Below are positions 43,562-52,137 of a stretch of DNA of 54,509 nt, piece after piece. A model generated the notes under the pieces. That model searched no databases. It was not told where the DNA came from and saw only the letters and a list, made by a program, of their open reading frames with translations. Each line of letters opens with the position of its first letter. Within the stretch, counting starts at the first letter, position 1. Made by a program: the position numbers and the translations under genes. The DNA lies in IMG/VR virus record IMGVR_UViG_3300025070_000043, positions 1 through 54,509 of that record; one strand, written 5' to 3'. This DNA is from a virus. Lineage: Duplodnaviria > Caudoviricetes.

Positions 43562-44667
43562 TATTTCATAGCCTTTCCATAACCACGTAATGCTTTACCA
43601 CAACCACGAGGTCCTTTAGATTTAATTTGTTTACCTGATTTATACATACCTACTTTACCACCTGCTTTTCTACCTACAGATGTATTAGCTACACTATACG
43701 TATCTGGTTTGCCAGTACCAAAAGACTTCATAATGTCATCAAAAGATTTTTTATCAAACCCTCTTTCTCTTTGAGTCTTAAAAGGATAACCTTGATTCTT
43801 AGCAGTCTTCATTCGTTGAATGATGGATGCTCTAGCTTTCTTTTGTTTAGCTGTTTTAGGCTTATACATAATATCGGCTAGTTGAGAATTTGTATAACCT
43901 CGTGCAAACTGTTTACGAATAAACTCTAGCTTTTCACCTTTAGACATAGATTGGTAAGCTTTACGTTTTATTTCACTAGCTTCTTTACCTGTTTTACCTT
44001 TAGTGTCTATACCGCCACCTTTTGCTGGTAAAGTTTCATTTGCACCTTCATATAGGTATTTATTTTTCTTTGTGCCAGTAGGACCAGACTCAGCAATAAT
44101 TGTATCAATACCGCCTTTTTGTTTAATAACACGTTCTCCTTCAGGAGTAAGTGAAAGAGTACGTGAAGAAACAACAGTTTTAGTTTTACCTTCATTTTTC
44201 ATTTCTTTTAGTTTTTGAGAAATAAGGTTTTTACGTTCTTTCATTTGCTCTTCAGACAAGCCAGAAAGAAGTCCTTTACGTTTCATTCTTGCAGTATCTT
44301 TTCTTGCCATAGACATAACTTTTTGTATTTTAGTTTTACCACTAGCTTGAGCTTTAGTAACTGCTTCTGCAGCAGTAAGTTTACCTTTACTATCTTCTAG
44401 TATCTTAATAGCTAATGTTTTTGTAGAACCATCAATATCTTTACTACGAATAGTCTGTGACTTACGTTCAATTGCACGTTCTTGAACAAGGGAAGCTTTA
44501 GAAGTTCCTGCTTTTTCTGCAGCTTCTGTTTGCTTTGCTTGGTATGTCTTTTGACGTGCAGCAGATTGTGCTTTACGTTTACCTTTTGTTTTTCGCTTAT
44601 CTACCTTTGGCCTTCCTTTTTTCTTTGCCAAAGACTTTGCTGCAACTTTAAGTGCTTTACTAATCAT
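43561..44667 (-). CDS. Lys-rich basic protein
   Basis: 368 aa; ends KAGGKV...RGCGKALRGYGKAMK. Confidence 0.65.
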   Translation of the reverse strand: MISKALKVAAKSLAKKKGRPKVDKRKTKGKRKAQSAARQKTYQAKQTEAAEKAGTSKASLVQERAIERKSQTIRSKDIDGSTKTLAIKILEDSKGKLTAAEAVTKAQASGKTKIQKVMSMARKDTARMKRKGLLSGLSEEQMKERKNLISQKLKEMKNEGKTKTVVSSRTLSLTPEGERVIKQKGGIDTIIAESGPTGTKKNKYLYEGANETLPAKGGGIDTKGKTGKEASEIKRKAYQSMSKGEKLEFIRKQFARGYTNSQLADIMYKPKTAKQKKARASIIQRMKTAKNQGYPFKTQRERGFDKKSFDDIMKSFGTGKPDTYSVANTSVGRKAGGKVGMYKSGKQIKSKGPRGCGKALRGYGKAMK

Positions 44668-45323
44668 TAGTTACTCCCTGCTATAACTGGATTATCTGCA
44701 CCTGCTTTGCTTGCAGGAGTTTGCATATCATCCCGTCTTGTTCTACGTGCTTGATTTTGTAAGGTTGCTACGGCTTGCATATATCTTTGCTCAAAAAGAT
44801 TAGATGCATTATAATCTTTTTGGAATATCATTGCCTCTACCATACTAGCATTAAATAAAGCATCATAACAAAAATCTGAAAAATAGTTGTTAGGTGCTGC
44901 TGCTGCTAAAGTAGTAGGTCTAGATATATGTACTATCTCTCCATTGAATGTAGAAACAGGAGTAGGTGCAATGAGGACCGTTGTATTGTTTCTACGTGCA
45001 TAATATTCAGGAGTGCCTGTACTTGCTGATACAGGCCAGTAATCACGTATATATTCATCGGTTCTAGGCAACAAATTAATTCGTGTTGAGTTAGCAATTA
45101 TATTAAAGTTTTTTAATATTCTTGTTCCTGATGGAAGGGTAACTTGATTAATACCTAAAGGAATTGCAACAGAAGTATAGGATACTAGCCCGTAATCATC
45201 AAGGTCACGAGTTAGTCTTTCTTCTGCACGATTAATCATTTTAGGAATATAGTTAGCAAACTCTGTTCCATCATTCTCTGCAGCTTGAGTAATATCGTCT
45301 ACAAGATAAGAATAATTAGCCAT
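44667..45323 (-). CDS. head completion/adaptor protein
   Basis: AEERLTRDL, GTPEYYA, APTP, YDALFNASMVEA. Confidence 0.6.
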   Translation of the reverse strand: MANYSYLVDDITQAAENDGTEFANYIPKMINRAEERLTRDLDDYGLVSYTSVAIPLGINQVTLPSGTRILKNFNIIANSTRINLLPRTDEYIRDYWPVSASTGTPEYYARRNNTTVLIAPTPVSTFNGEIVHISRPTTLAAAAPNNYFSDFCYDALFNASMVEAMIFQKDYNASNLFEQRYMQAVATLQNQARRTRRDDMQTPASKAGADNPVIAGSN

Positions 45324-45621
45324 AATAAATTGCTACTGTTGCTGCTGATGTAGGAGCAGAAACTTTAACTGGACCTACCATTCTTACACCAAAATCAGGA
45401 ATATATATGTCACCTGCATCTACATTAGTTGTACCTACAAATTTAATATTACCACCCCTTAGATTACCATAATCATCTGTTTGAGAACCAGTAATAGTAA
45501 AAGTACCCACGCCAGAATAAGTAACACTTTTAATTCGAGTGTCTGAAATAGTAGTGCTAGTTAAGCTATCAAGCAAAGCACCAGAGCCTGTAACGAATGC
45601 GTTACGTATATTTGAAGCCAT
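45316..45621 (-). CDS. small structural protein
   Basis: DIYIPDFGV motif; immediately after the capsid terminator. Confidence 0.55.
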   Translation of the reverse strand: MASNIRNAFVTGSGALLDSLTSTTISDTRIKSVTYSGVGTFTITGSQTDDYGNLRGGNIKFVGTTNVDAGDIYIPDFGVRMVGPVKVSAPTSAATVAIYYG

Positions 45622-45680
45622 AGAATTTCTCCGATTATTGTTAATTAGTTAATTGTTATTCTATTTATTATATTATACAC

Positions 45681-45728
45681 AAAAAAAGAGGGATATGAAA
45701 TACCCCTCTTCTCTTTTTTATTTTTTTA
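45681..45728. terminator. intrinsic terminator after the major capsid gene, likely bidirectional
   Basis: AAGAGGGATAT-GAA-ATACCCCTCTT stem with an A-tract on one side and T-tracts on the other. Confidence 0.7.
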
Positions 45729-45740
45729 AGTTTTTCAGTA

Positions 45741-46679
45741 CTAGCCTGAAGAACCGTAATAACTACGCCAGTCTGAGAAACCAAAGCTATAACGCTCACG
45801 AGCTTTAAAGCGAAGGTTACCAGTGTCGAAATCCGGTTCCATCTTTGTCTGCAGAGGAGCACGTACAAACATCTTTGCACCATTAGGACAATCTGTCTTA
45901 ATGAACCAAGCATCTGTATCTGTGAAACGTCTGTTGACATAGAAGCCACCCGGAATCAAACCTTGATTACGGATTGAGTTAATGTCATTAACATTTGTTG
46001 CACCGTTAGCTGCAGTTGTTGGGTTTACGCCAATAGTGGTTGACATCTGACTGTTCAAAATTTGGTCAGCAGTGAATGCCAAATCTGATGGGACGTGCAA
46101 AGACTTAGCTTGCAGACCAATCAAGATACCACGATCATCTTTTGCTTTTGAAATCTGAATAAGAGCAGACTCAAGAGCAGCTTCTGACAAGTCAGTAGCA
46201 CCAAAAGTGTTTGACTGATTACCAGCAGACATCGTTGGATGTGATGCTGAGAAAAATGGTTGACCATCACCACCTGCAAAGGCAGTGTTGAAACCGTTGT
46301 TAAATACATCAGCAGCTTTAACCTGCTTAGTATTAGCCATTGCACGGGCTAGACCACGAGCACGAAGCTTGGAGAAGGTATCATAAAGATTATCTTCCAT
46401 TGCTTCTTCTGTTACGGCAAATGCCAATGCAACAGTTTCGTGTGTATAACGTGCTGTGTAGCTTTCTTGTGCATCATCATAAGTAACCGCAGCACCTTCA
46501 CCTTTAGTAGGTGCAGTACCGAAGCCTGTGAATAGCACTTCTTCTTCGAATGCACGGTCTGAGTTTTCAGTCTCAAACAATGGTGCGTGTTCGTCTGCTA
46601 CTTCCCCATACTCCATACCGAATACGGCATTAAGACCGGGGAGAAGCTCTTTTGCAATACTTGCTCTATTAATAGCCAT
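45741..46679 (-). CDS. major capsid protein
   Basis: MAINRASIAKELLPGLNAVFG, SDRAFEEE, ITEEA-like VTEEAMEDNLY, DFDTGNLRFKARERYSFG. Confidence 0.85.
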   Translation of the reverse strand: MAINRASIAKELLPGLNAVFGMEYGEVADEHAPLFETENSDRAFEEEVLFTGFGTAPTKGEGAAVTYDDAQESYTARYTHETVALAFAVTEEAMEDNLYDTFSKLRARGLARAMANTKQVKAADVFNNGFNTAFAGGDGQPFFSASHPTMSAGNQSNTFGATDLSEAALESALIQISKAKDDRGILIGLQAKSLHVPSDLAFTADQILNSQMSTTIGVNPTTAANGATNVNDINSIRNQGLIPGGFYVNRRFTDTDAWFIKTDCPNGAKMFVRAPLQTKMEPDFDTGNLRFKARERYSFGFSDWRSYYGSSG

Positions 46680-46692
46680 AATTTAATCTCCC

Positions 46693-47307
46693 TTAACCTA
46701 ATAGGTACGCAGTAATGGTTGCAGGTGCAGTTACAGCAGCAGTCAAGAAGTTATCTGTGTGTTGAATGAGTTGTACATTCAATTTCAAATAAGCATTCTC
46801 AGCGGCTACATCTACATCGTTCCCCGGCTCATCAACTGAATCCAGAGCACGGCACATAGCAATACCAGATGTACGAGTTGCTGCTTCAACACCATGACCA
46901 GACATACCTGTAAAGGTTGAGCCTGAACCTAATGTTACAGCAAAGTTTTGTGAACCGTAAAGATCACCAGCAGTTACAGATGCATCTGCTTGTACTTCAA
47001 ATACGGTACGTGAATCATCAGCTACAAGTGCCACTGCATCAGTTGCAGATGTACCTGAAGGCCAATATTTACTAAATTTTTGTTCGCCATCTGCAACATA
47101 GTGACAGCCCATGAAAACACCTTGGACTACTTCAGTTACAGTGGTGATAACTTCCAAATTCCCTGCATTAATACGGACTAAATCGCCAGTAAAAATGTTA
47201 GAAGCATAACCTGAAGCAATAGGGTACTCACTTTGACCCTGATTGTTTGGGTTATTACCACGTTTACGGGAAGGACGGAAGCCAGACAACGCTAATGTTG
47301 AAGTCAT
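46693..47307 (-). CDS. capsid-associated (cement/decoration) protein
   Basis: GFRP...YPIASG..NIFTGDLV; directly upstream of MCP. Confidence 0.6.
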   Translation of the reverse strand: MTSTLALSGFRPSRKRGNNPNNQGQSEYPIASGYASNIFTGDLVRINAGNLEVITTVTEVVQGVFMGCHYVADGEQKFSKYWPSGTSATDAVALVADDSRTVFEVQADASVTAGDLYGSQNFAVTLGSGSTFTGMSGHGVEAATRTSGIAMCRALDSVDEPGNDVDVAAENAYLKLNVQLIQHTDNFLTAAVTAPATITAYLLG

Positions 47308-47349
47308 TTTTAGTCTCCCTTTTAAAAAGCACTACTAAATTCAGTATAC

Positions 47350-47844
47350 TTAATCTTGAAAATTAGGTGTACGTCCCTTAGTAACATTTGATTTACTACT
47401 ATTTTTAATTGGCATACGAGAATTATTCTGTCCCATAAGCTGTTGATTAACTGCATCAACCATCTCACGGCTTTGATTTTCAAAATATGCCTGACGATTT
47501 TGTGCTTTTTGCAGAGGCATTTTTGCCAAAGCTAAGTCCCCACGACAGACTGCACCCTTATATCGTCCTTCATCCCTCACGAAGGAATTATGTTGTAACT
47601 CAGGAACTTCATCTACAGTTACAAACTGCCAACCCTCTTGAACCTTTTTGCCTACATTTTTGTAATCATCTTGGTTTCGGGTCATTACTCGTATCCAACG
47701 AAGTGTAAGGCCTTGATTTAAAAACCGTTCAGATACTGAGTCAGGAATATCTAATAAGCTAGGCTCACGATATTCCATATCTTGTTCCCTTGTATTGAGT
47801 TCACGAGCCTCAACATTACGTGTTGTATTTGTATTACGTGCCAT
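47350..47844 (-). CDS. conserved head-module protein
   Basis: RWIR...EGWQFV...GDLALAKMP...RQAYF. Confidence 0.6.
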   Translation of the reverse strand: MARNTNTTRNVEARELNTREQDMEYREPSLLDIPDSVSERFLNQGLTLRWIRVMTRNQDDYKNVGKKVQEGWQFVTVDEVPELQHNSFVRDEGRYKGAVCRGDLALAKMPLQKAQNRQAYFENQSREMVDAVNQQLMGQNNSRMPIKNSSKSNVTKGRTPNFQD

Positions 47845-47863
47845 TTAATTTTCCTCCACGCTA

Positions 47864-48865
47864 TTAGTAAACTGAAGTGTACTCACCGTCTGCTGAATCT
47901 ACTTTCAACTTTTCGGCTGCGTACTGTTCCAAAGGTATACCCCATTTTTCTGCAAGTCGTACATCTTCTTTAGTAAGACGTACTTTCTTACCAGATGAGG
48001 CTGATGAAGTGCGTGATGCTCCACCGACCACTTGGGCAGGAGTTGACGTTTCCTGCTGACGTTCTTCTTGAACTTCTCCACCAAAACGCTGCGGATATCT
48101 GCTGCGTAGGCGAGAATCAATTTCTTGGTAGAAATCTACATCTGTAGAATCATAACCCTCTGTTTTTAATTCATGGTCAATCTCAAGTGCTAATGTTGTC
48201 ATTACATTGTCTTGACCAAACCAAGGATTACGTCCTGCCCATTCAACTGCTAATCTATCATATTCTGCTGATTGTTGTTGCTGCTGTTGTTGTGGAGCAG
48301 GTTGTGCTACCTGTTGTTCTTCAATTTCTGGTCTATATTGATTACGTGTTAGATTAAGAGTTGTAGCATCACTTTGAGCCTTATTAAGGTTTTTCTGTGC
48401 TTGTACAATTCTATCTGTATCACCTGACTCAAGAGCCTGTTTATAAGAATCTTCAGCTAATTCAATACGACTATTAATTTGTGCTTCTGCGGATTCAAAA
48501 TTCTTTTCCAAAGAAGTTTTGATTTCCTGCTGTTGAGCTTTTAATTTTTCTTCTAACTCTTGTTGACGAGTTATCAGAGTTTCAATTTGTTCTTCACGTT
48601 CTTTCTTTTGACGAACTAATTGTCTTATCCGCTTTTGTGCTCCTGATTGAGGCTCTTCAGATGCATCTCCTTTACTCTCTGAGCTAACGTCTTGTTTTTC
48701 ATCATGTTGCCCAGTATGCTGTGTATCTGCATCTTGTTGTTGTTTCGTTTGTACGGCTTCCTCTTGGGAAGTATCTTCGGATATTTCACTCTCAATTTCA
48801 AACTCAACTTTCTCTTCCTTATTTTCGGCATTGGAAGTATCAACCGTAGTCCATTCTTCAGACAT
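47864..48865 (-). CDS. capsid scaffolding protein
   Basis: Acidic coiled coil, QKRIRQL, WAGRNPWFG, C-terminal KVRLT...GIPLEQYA. Confidence 0.7.
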   Translation of the reverse strand: MSEEWTTVDTSNAENKEEKVEFEIESEISEDTSQEEAVQTKQQQDADTQHTGQHDEKQDVSSESKGDASEEPQSGAQKRIRQLVRQKKEREEQIETLITRQQELEEKLKAQQQEIKTSLEKNFESAEAQINSRIELAEDSYKQALESGDTDRIVQAQKNLNKAQSDATTLNLTRNQYRPEIEEQQVAQPAPQQQQQQQSAEYDRLAVEWAGRNPWFGQDNVMTTLALEIDHELKTEGYDSTDVDFYQEIDSRLRSRYPQRFGGEVQEERQQETSTPAQVVGGASRTSSASSGKKVRLTKEDVRLAEKWGIPLEQYAAEKLKVDSADGEYTSVY

Positions 48866-48920
48866 ATATTTCTCCTTTTACGTCAGTTGCGACACTATGA
48901 CGAGTTACGCATTTGATATT

Positions 48921-48949
48921 ATATTACAACAAGTAATATAATTATACAA
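48921..48949 (-). promoter_or_regulatory. possible sigma70-type promoter for scaffold/capsid
   Basis: TTGTAT-17 nt-TAATAT with an overlapping TATAAT; region is AT-rich so evidence is weaker. Confidence 0.4.
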
Positions 48950-48964
48950 TACCCTTATATTAAA

Positions 48965-49387
48965 TTAATTAGATAAATTAAAGGTAGGGTCTAATTCTTT
49001 AGGGTCTTCTACAATCATTGAAATCTGGTCATCAAGAAGTAATAGTAACTTGATACCTTTGTAGAAAAACTTTTGACCAGAATGTTTACCATAACATACA
49101 TAGTCACCTTCTTTACACCAAGCACCATTAGGATATCTTGTTGTATCTTTATAAGCATCTTTACCTATTGCGAGAACTTTACCCACAGTTGTAAGATATG
49201 CAATATCTTCTTTTGTAGAATCTGGAAGTATAATACCACCTTTTGTTTCTTGTTTAACAGAAACAGGCCGTATAAGAAGATGATAGCCCGGAACTACTGG
49301 TAGTACTTCTGGGTCTGGCATTTCTTCATTAGTATTCCATGCATCATTAAGAATAGATTTTTCCATTGCCACTGCTCTCATAATCAC
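48965..49387 (-). CDS. groES: GroES-like co-chaperonin
   Basis: PGYHLLIRP, ETKGGIILPD, GKVLAIG, EGDYVCYGKHSG, LLLDDQI. Confidence 0.85.
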   Translation of the reverse strand: MIMRAVAMEKSILNDAWNTNEEMPDPEVLPVVPGYHLLIRPVSVKQETKGGIILPDSTKEDIAYLTTVGKVLAIGKDAYKDTTRYPNGAWCKEGDYVCYGKHSGQKFFYKGIKLLLLLDDQISMIVEDPKELDPTFNLSN

Positions 49388-49575
49388 TCCTCATCGTCTT
49401 CATACATTACTTTGTTTACCATATTTTTAACTTCTGCTCTGGCCCACTCCAATCCTGAAATGCGACCTACAGAGTTCATATACGTATGATAATCCGAAGC
49501 TGCTCCTGATGCAAGCGAATTTTTTACTAATTCAATTTCTCTATGTAATAATTTATCTATTTCTTCTATAAGCAT
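49384..49575 (-). CDS. conserved small head-module protein
   Basis: LASG..DYHTY...VGRISGL between portal and GroES. Confidence 0.6.
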   Translation of the reverse strand: MLIEEIDKLLHREIELVKNSLASGAASDYHTYMNSVGRISGLEWARAEVKNMVNKVMYEDDEE

Positions 49576-52073
49576 TATTTATTCTTTGTGCCTGAAATCA
49601 TTTTACTAATAACATCAATTGCTTTAGCAGCTTCTGAGCTTTCAAGATTGTCTTCATGCTTTACCATATCTGCAAGAAGTTCTACTGCCTTAATAGCTGC
49701 TTTGGCATTTCTGTCTTTTTCTTTCTCGTCAGCCTTGAGTGTACCCTCTGCACCAATCTTATATGCGTCAAGTGCCAGCTTCTGTTCTTTCAAGTCAAGG
49801 TCACGGTTCTTCAAAGCACCTTCACTTGCTTCTTTAGCAAGTTGTGCCTGTACCTTTTCTTGTTCAATACTAAGTCTTTGTGCTTCCATCTGAACCATTG
49901 CTTGTTCAGGTGATGGACCTCTTTGTGCTGCAGCTTGATTAGCTTGCATTACCTGCTGTGCAGCTGCCATCATTACCTGTTCAATAACTTGTGGGTTCTG
50001 AGCATTAGGGTCACCTTGTGGTGCTTGTGCCATCATTTGACGTGTTAAACCATTAATCTGCTCTTCATACTTCATTACTACGTGTTCTTGTATGTTAGCT
50101 TGTAGAATAGGAACTACACGTTGCATAATTGGGTTGGCACCATTAGCAGGGTCTTGCATAAACATAGTTTTAATTTGAATATGTGCATCATGATTTTGTC
50201 CTGCAAATGCTTTAATAGGAAGACCTTTAGTTGCTGCTTCAATGTCTGTTACAGGGTCAAGAGCTTGTGCCTCTGGCTTTTGTGGAAGTATCCTGTCTAA
50301 GTTAGGAATGTTTGCCGCATTAAGAAGTGTGCGGTTTAGTTCTTCCATATTAAACATACCGGGTGGTGATTGCTGTGCTTGCTGCATAACCATCTGTGCC
50401 ATCATCAACCTGTGGGCAGACGAAGGAATATTAGGGTCAGATACAGGAAGTACATCAACACGACCATCAAAGTCACGTTTAAAAATTGTTTCACTTACAC
50501 CGGGAACATCATAAGGATATTTAGCAGGTAAACTTTCATAGTTAATACGTGCAAGAATTTTAAACTCATCCCGTTGTGATTTATGTAATCGTTTATGAAT
50601 TGCACTAAAGAACTTACTAGAAGCCTCAAGCAATGCCATAGTTGTACCTACAGGACCATAGTTAGAACCTTCTGTAATAACTTGCTCTGTAGTATCAGCA
50701 AACTTTTGACCTGCTCCTGAGACAAACTGAAGCATTTGGAATAATGTGCCTGATGGTTCTTTATAAGGCAAAGGTACAATTGAACGAGACAAGTCCATAC
50801 CTGTTGCTTCTACTTCTTTAAACTCACCCGGAGCAATAGGGTCATTGTCTCCTACAATGCGAACACCTTTTGCTTTAAAGCCACCGGGCAAGTTAGCAAA
50901 CTGTCCTGCATCAATAAGGTTACGCATAGCTGCAGTGGCAGACATTGTAAGGTTACCAAGGAAGTGAATAAGACCAAGACCATAGAAACCAAATCCCGGA
51001 ACAAAACGATAATGAGTAAAGAACATTTTCTTTTCTTTATTTTTATCTTCTTCATTCCAGTTTCTACGAATAGACAGTACTTTACGTGTTGTTTCTTCAA
51101 TAGTTACAATGTAAGGACATTCATAACCATGACCTTCAATATCAAGATAACAGTGCTGTTCAAGAAGAACATACTGCATATCTGTATCGGAAGAAGGAGA
51201 CAAACCAAGTACTGTGTCCATTTTTTGTGTTAGGTCTGATTGTTCTGGGATATATGCATCAGGTAGTTCTACTTCTGCATACATACCTGAGTACATTGCG
51301 TTTGCAATCTCACGAGGGCTGCGATATAGAACATGAGTATACCTATCAGCCCGTCTTAGGTCTGTGGCATAGTAAGATACATAGAACTGGTCAATAGGAA
51401 CAAACTCACTAACAGGACGCTCTACTGAACCATCATAATAAATCTTTTTAAATGAACTACCAATTAATGGTAAATGAAACAACATACGCTCAAACTCATC
51501 GAAGTATTCTGGCATCTTATCAGTCAACTGATAGTTCATAAAGTTTTGAACACGATTTGCTTGTTGTTGTTTTTCAACCGATACATCACCAAGAACTTGA
51601 GCTTTAACTGGGCCACTGGAAGGAAATAGTTCTTGGGATGCACGGCTCTGGAATTTAACCGCAGACTCTATGAGTAGTGGATGTACAGCAGTTGCTGCAC
51701 CTTCAAAAGGTTCTGTAGTTTCTTCCAGTTTCAAACCAAGCAGGTCAAAGCCTCGTTCAAACATGGATTCCCATTCTGCCCGTGACTCTTTATCTGCTTC
51801 GTATTTTTCGTAAACTTCTTCACCGATACTAATAAGTTCGTCTTCTTCTATTTGCTCGGCAAGGTTAGAATAAAATTCGTCTTCAATATTAAAATCTACA
51901 ATATTGTCTATATCTTGTAAATCCATTTCTGGCATAAACTCTACTTCTAGTTCGCCTGTTTCTGAATCTACTTCAAAATTTACATTTGGAAAATCTTCTT
52001 CGTTTTGTTCAATATTTAATTGAATAACATTTTCTTTACCAATAGGGTCATTAGGATTTTTTTCAATAGCCAT
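49575..52073 (-). CDS. portal protein
   Basis: 832 aa after TerL; HPLLIES, LPLIGSSFKKIYY, YGLGL, Gln-rich C-terminal coiled coil. Confidence 0.85.
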   Translation of the reverse strand: MAIEKNPNDPIGKENVIQLNIEQNEEDFPNVNFEVDSETGELEVEFMPEMDLQDIDNIVDFNIEDEFYSNLAEQIEEDELISIGEEVYEKYEADKESRAEWESMFERGFDLLGLKLEETTEPFEGAATAVHPLLIESAVKFQSRASQELFPSSGPVKAQVLGDVSVEKQQQANRVQNFMNYQLTDKMPEYFDEFERMLFHLPLIGSSFKKIYYDGSVERPVSEFVPIDQFYVSYYATDLRRADRYTHVLYRSPREIANAMYSGMYAEVELPDAYIPEQSDLTQKMDTVLGLSPSSDTDMQYVLLEQHCYLDIEGHGYECPYIVTIEETTRKVLSIRRNWNEEDKNKEKKMFFTHYRFVPGFGFYGLGLIHFLGNLTMSATAAMRNLIDAGQFANLPGGFKAKGVRIVGDNDPIAPGEFKEVEATGMDLSRSIVPLPYKEPSGTLFQMLQFVSGAGQKFADTTEQVITEGSNYGPVGTTMALLEASSKFFSAIHKRLHKSQRDEFKILARINYESLPAKYPYDVPGVSETIFKRDFDGRVDVLPVSDPNIPSSAHRLMMAQMVMQQAQQSPPGMFNMEELNRTLLNAANIPNLDRILPQKPEAQALDPVTDIEAATKGLPIKAFAGQNHDAHIQIKTMFMQDPANGANPIMQRVVPILQANIQEHVVMKYEEQINGLTRQMMAQAPQGDPNAQNPQVIEQVMMAAAQQVMQANQAAAQRGPSPEQAMVQMEAQRLSIEQEKVQAQLAKEASEGALKNRDLDLKEQKLALDAYKIGAEGTLKADEKEKDRNAKAAIKAVELLADMVKHEDNLESSEAAKAIDVISKMISGTKNK

Positions 52074-52108
52074 TTTACTTCCTTCTTAATTGAGTCCAGT
52101 TAATTGTT

Positions 52109-52137
52109 ATTATATACTTATGTTCTCCAATATGCAA
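52109..52137 (-). promoter_or_regulatory. sigma70-type promoter for portal
   Basis: TTGCAT-17 nt-TATAAT. Confidence 0.65.

Noticed and set aside
45668-45949. Alternate-frame ORF overlapping the MCP 3' end (possible T7 10B-style frameshift extension)
   Set aside because: No clear slippery site; the extension would be short and runs through the terminator hairpin.
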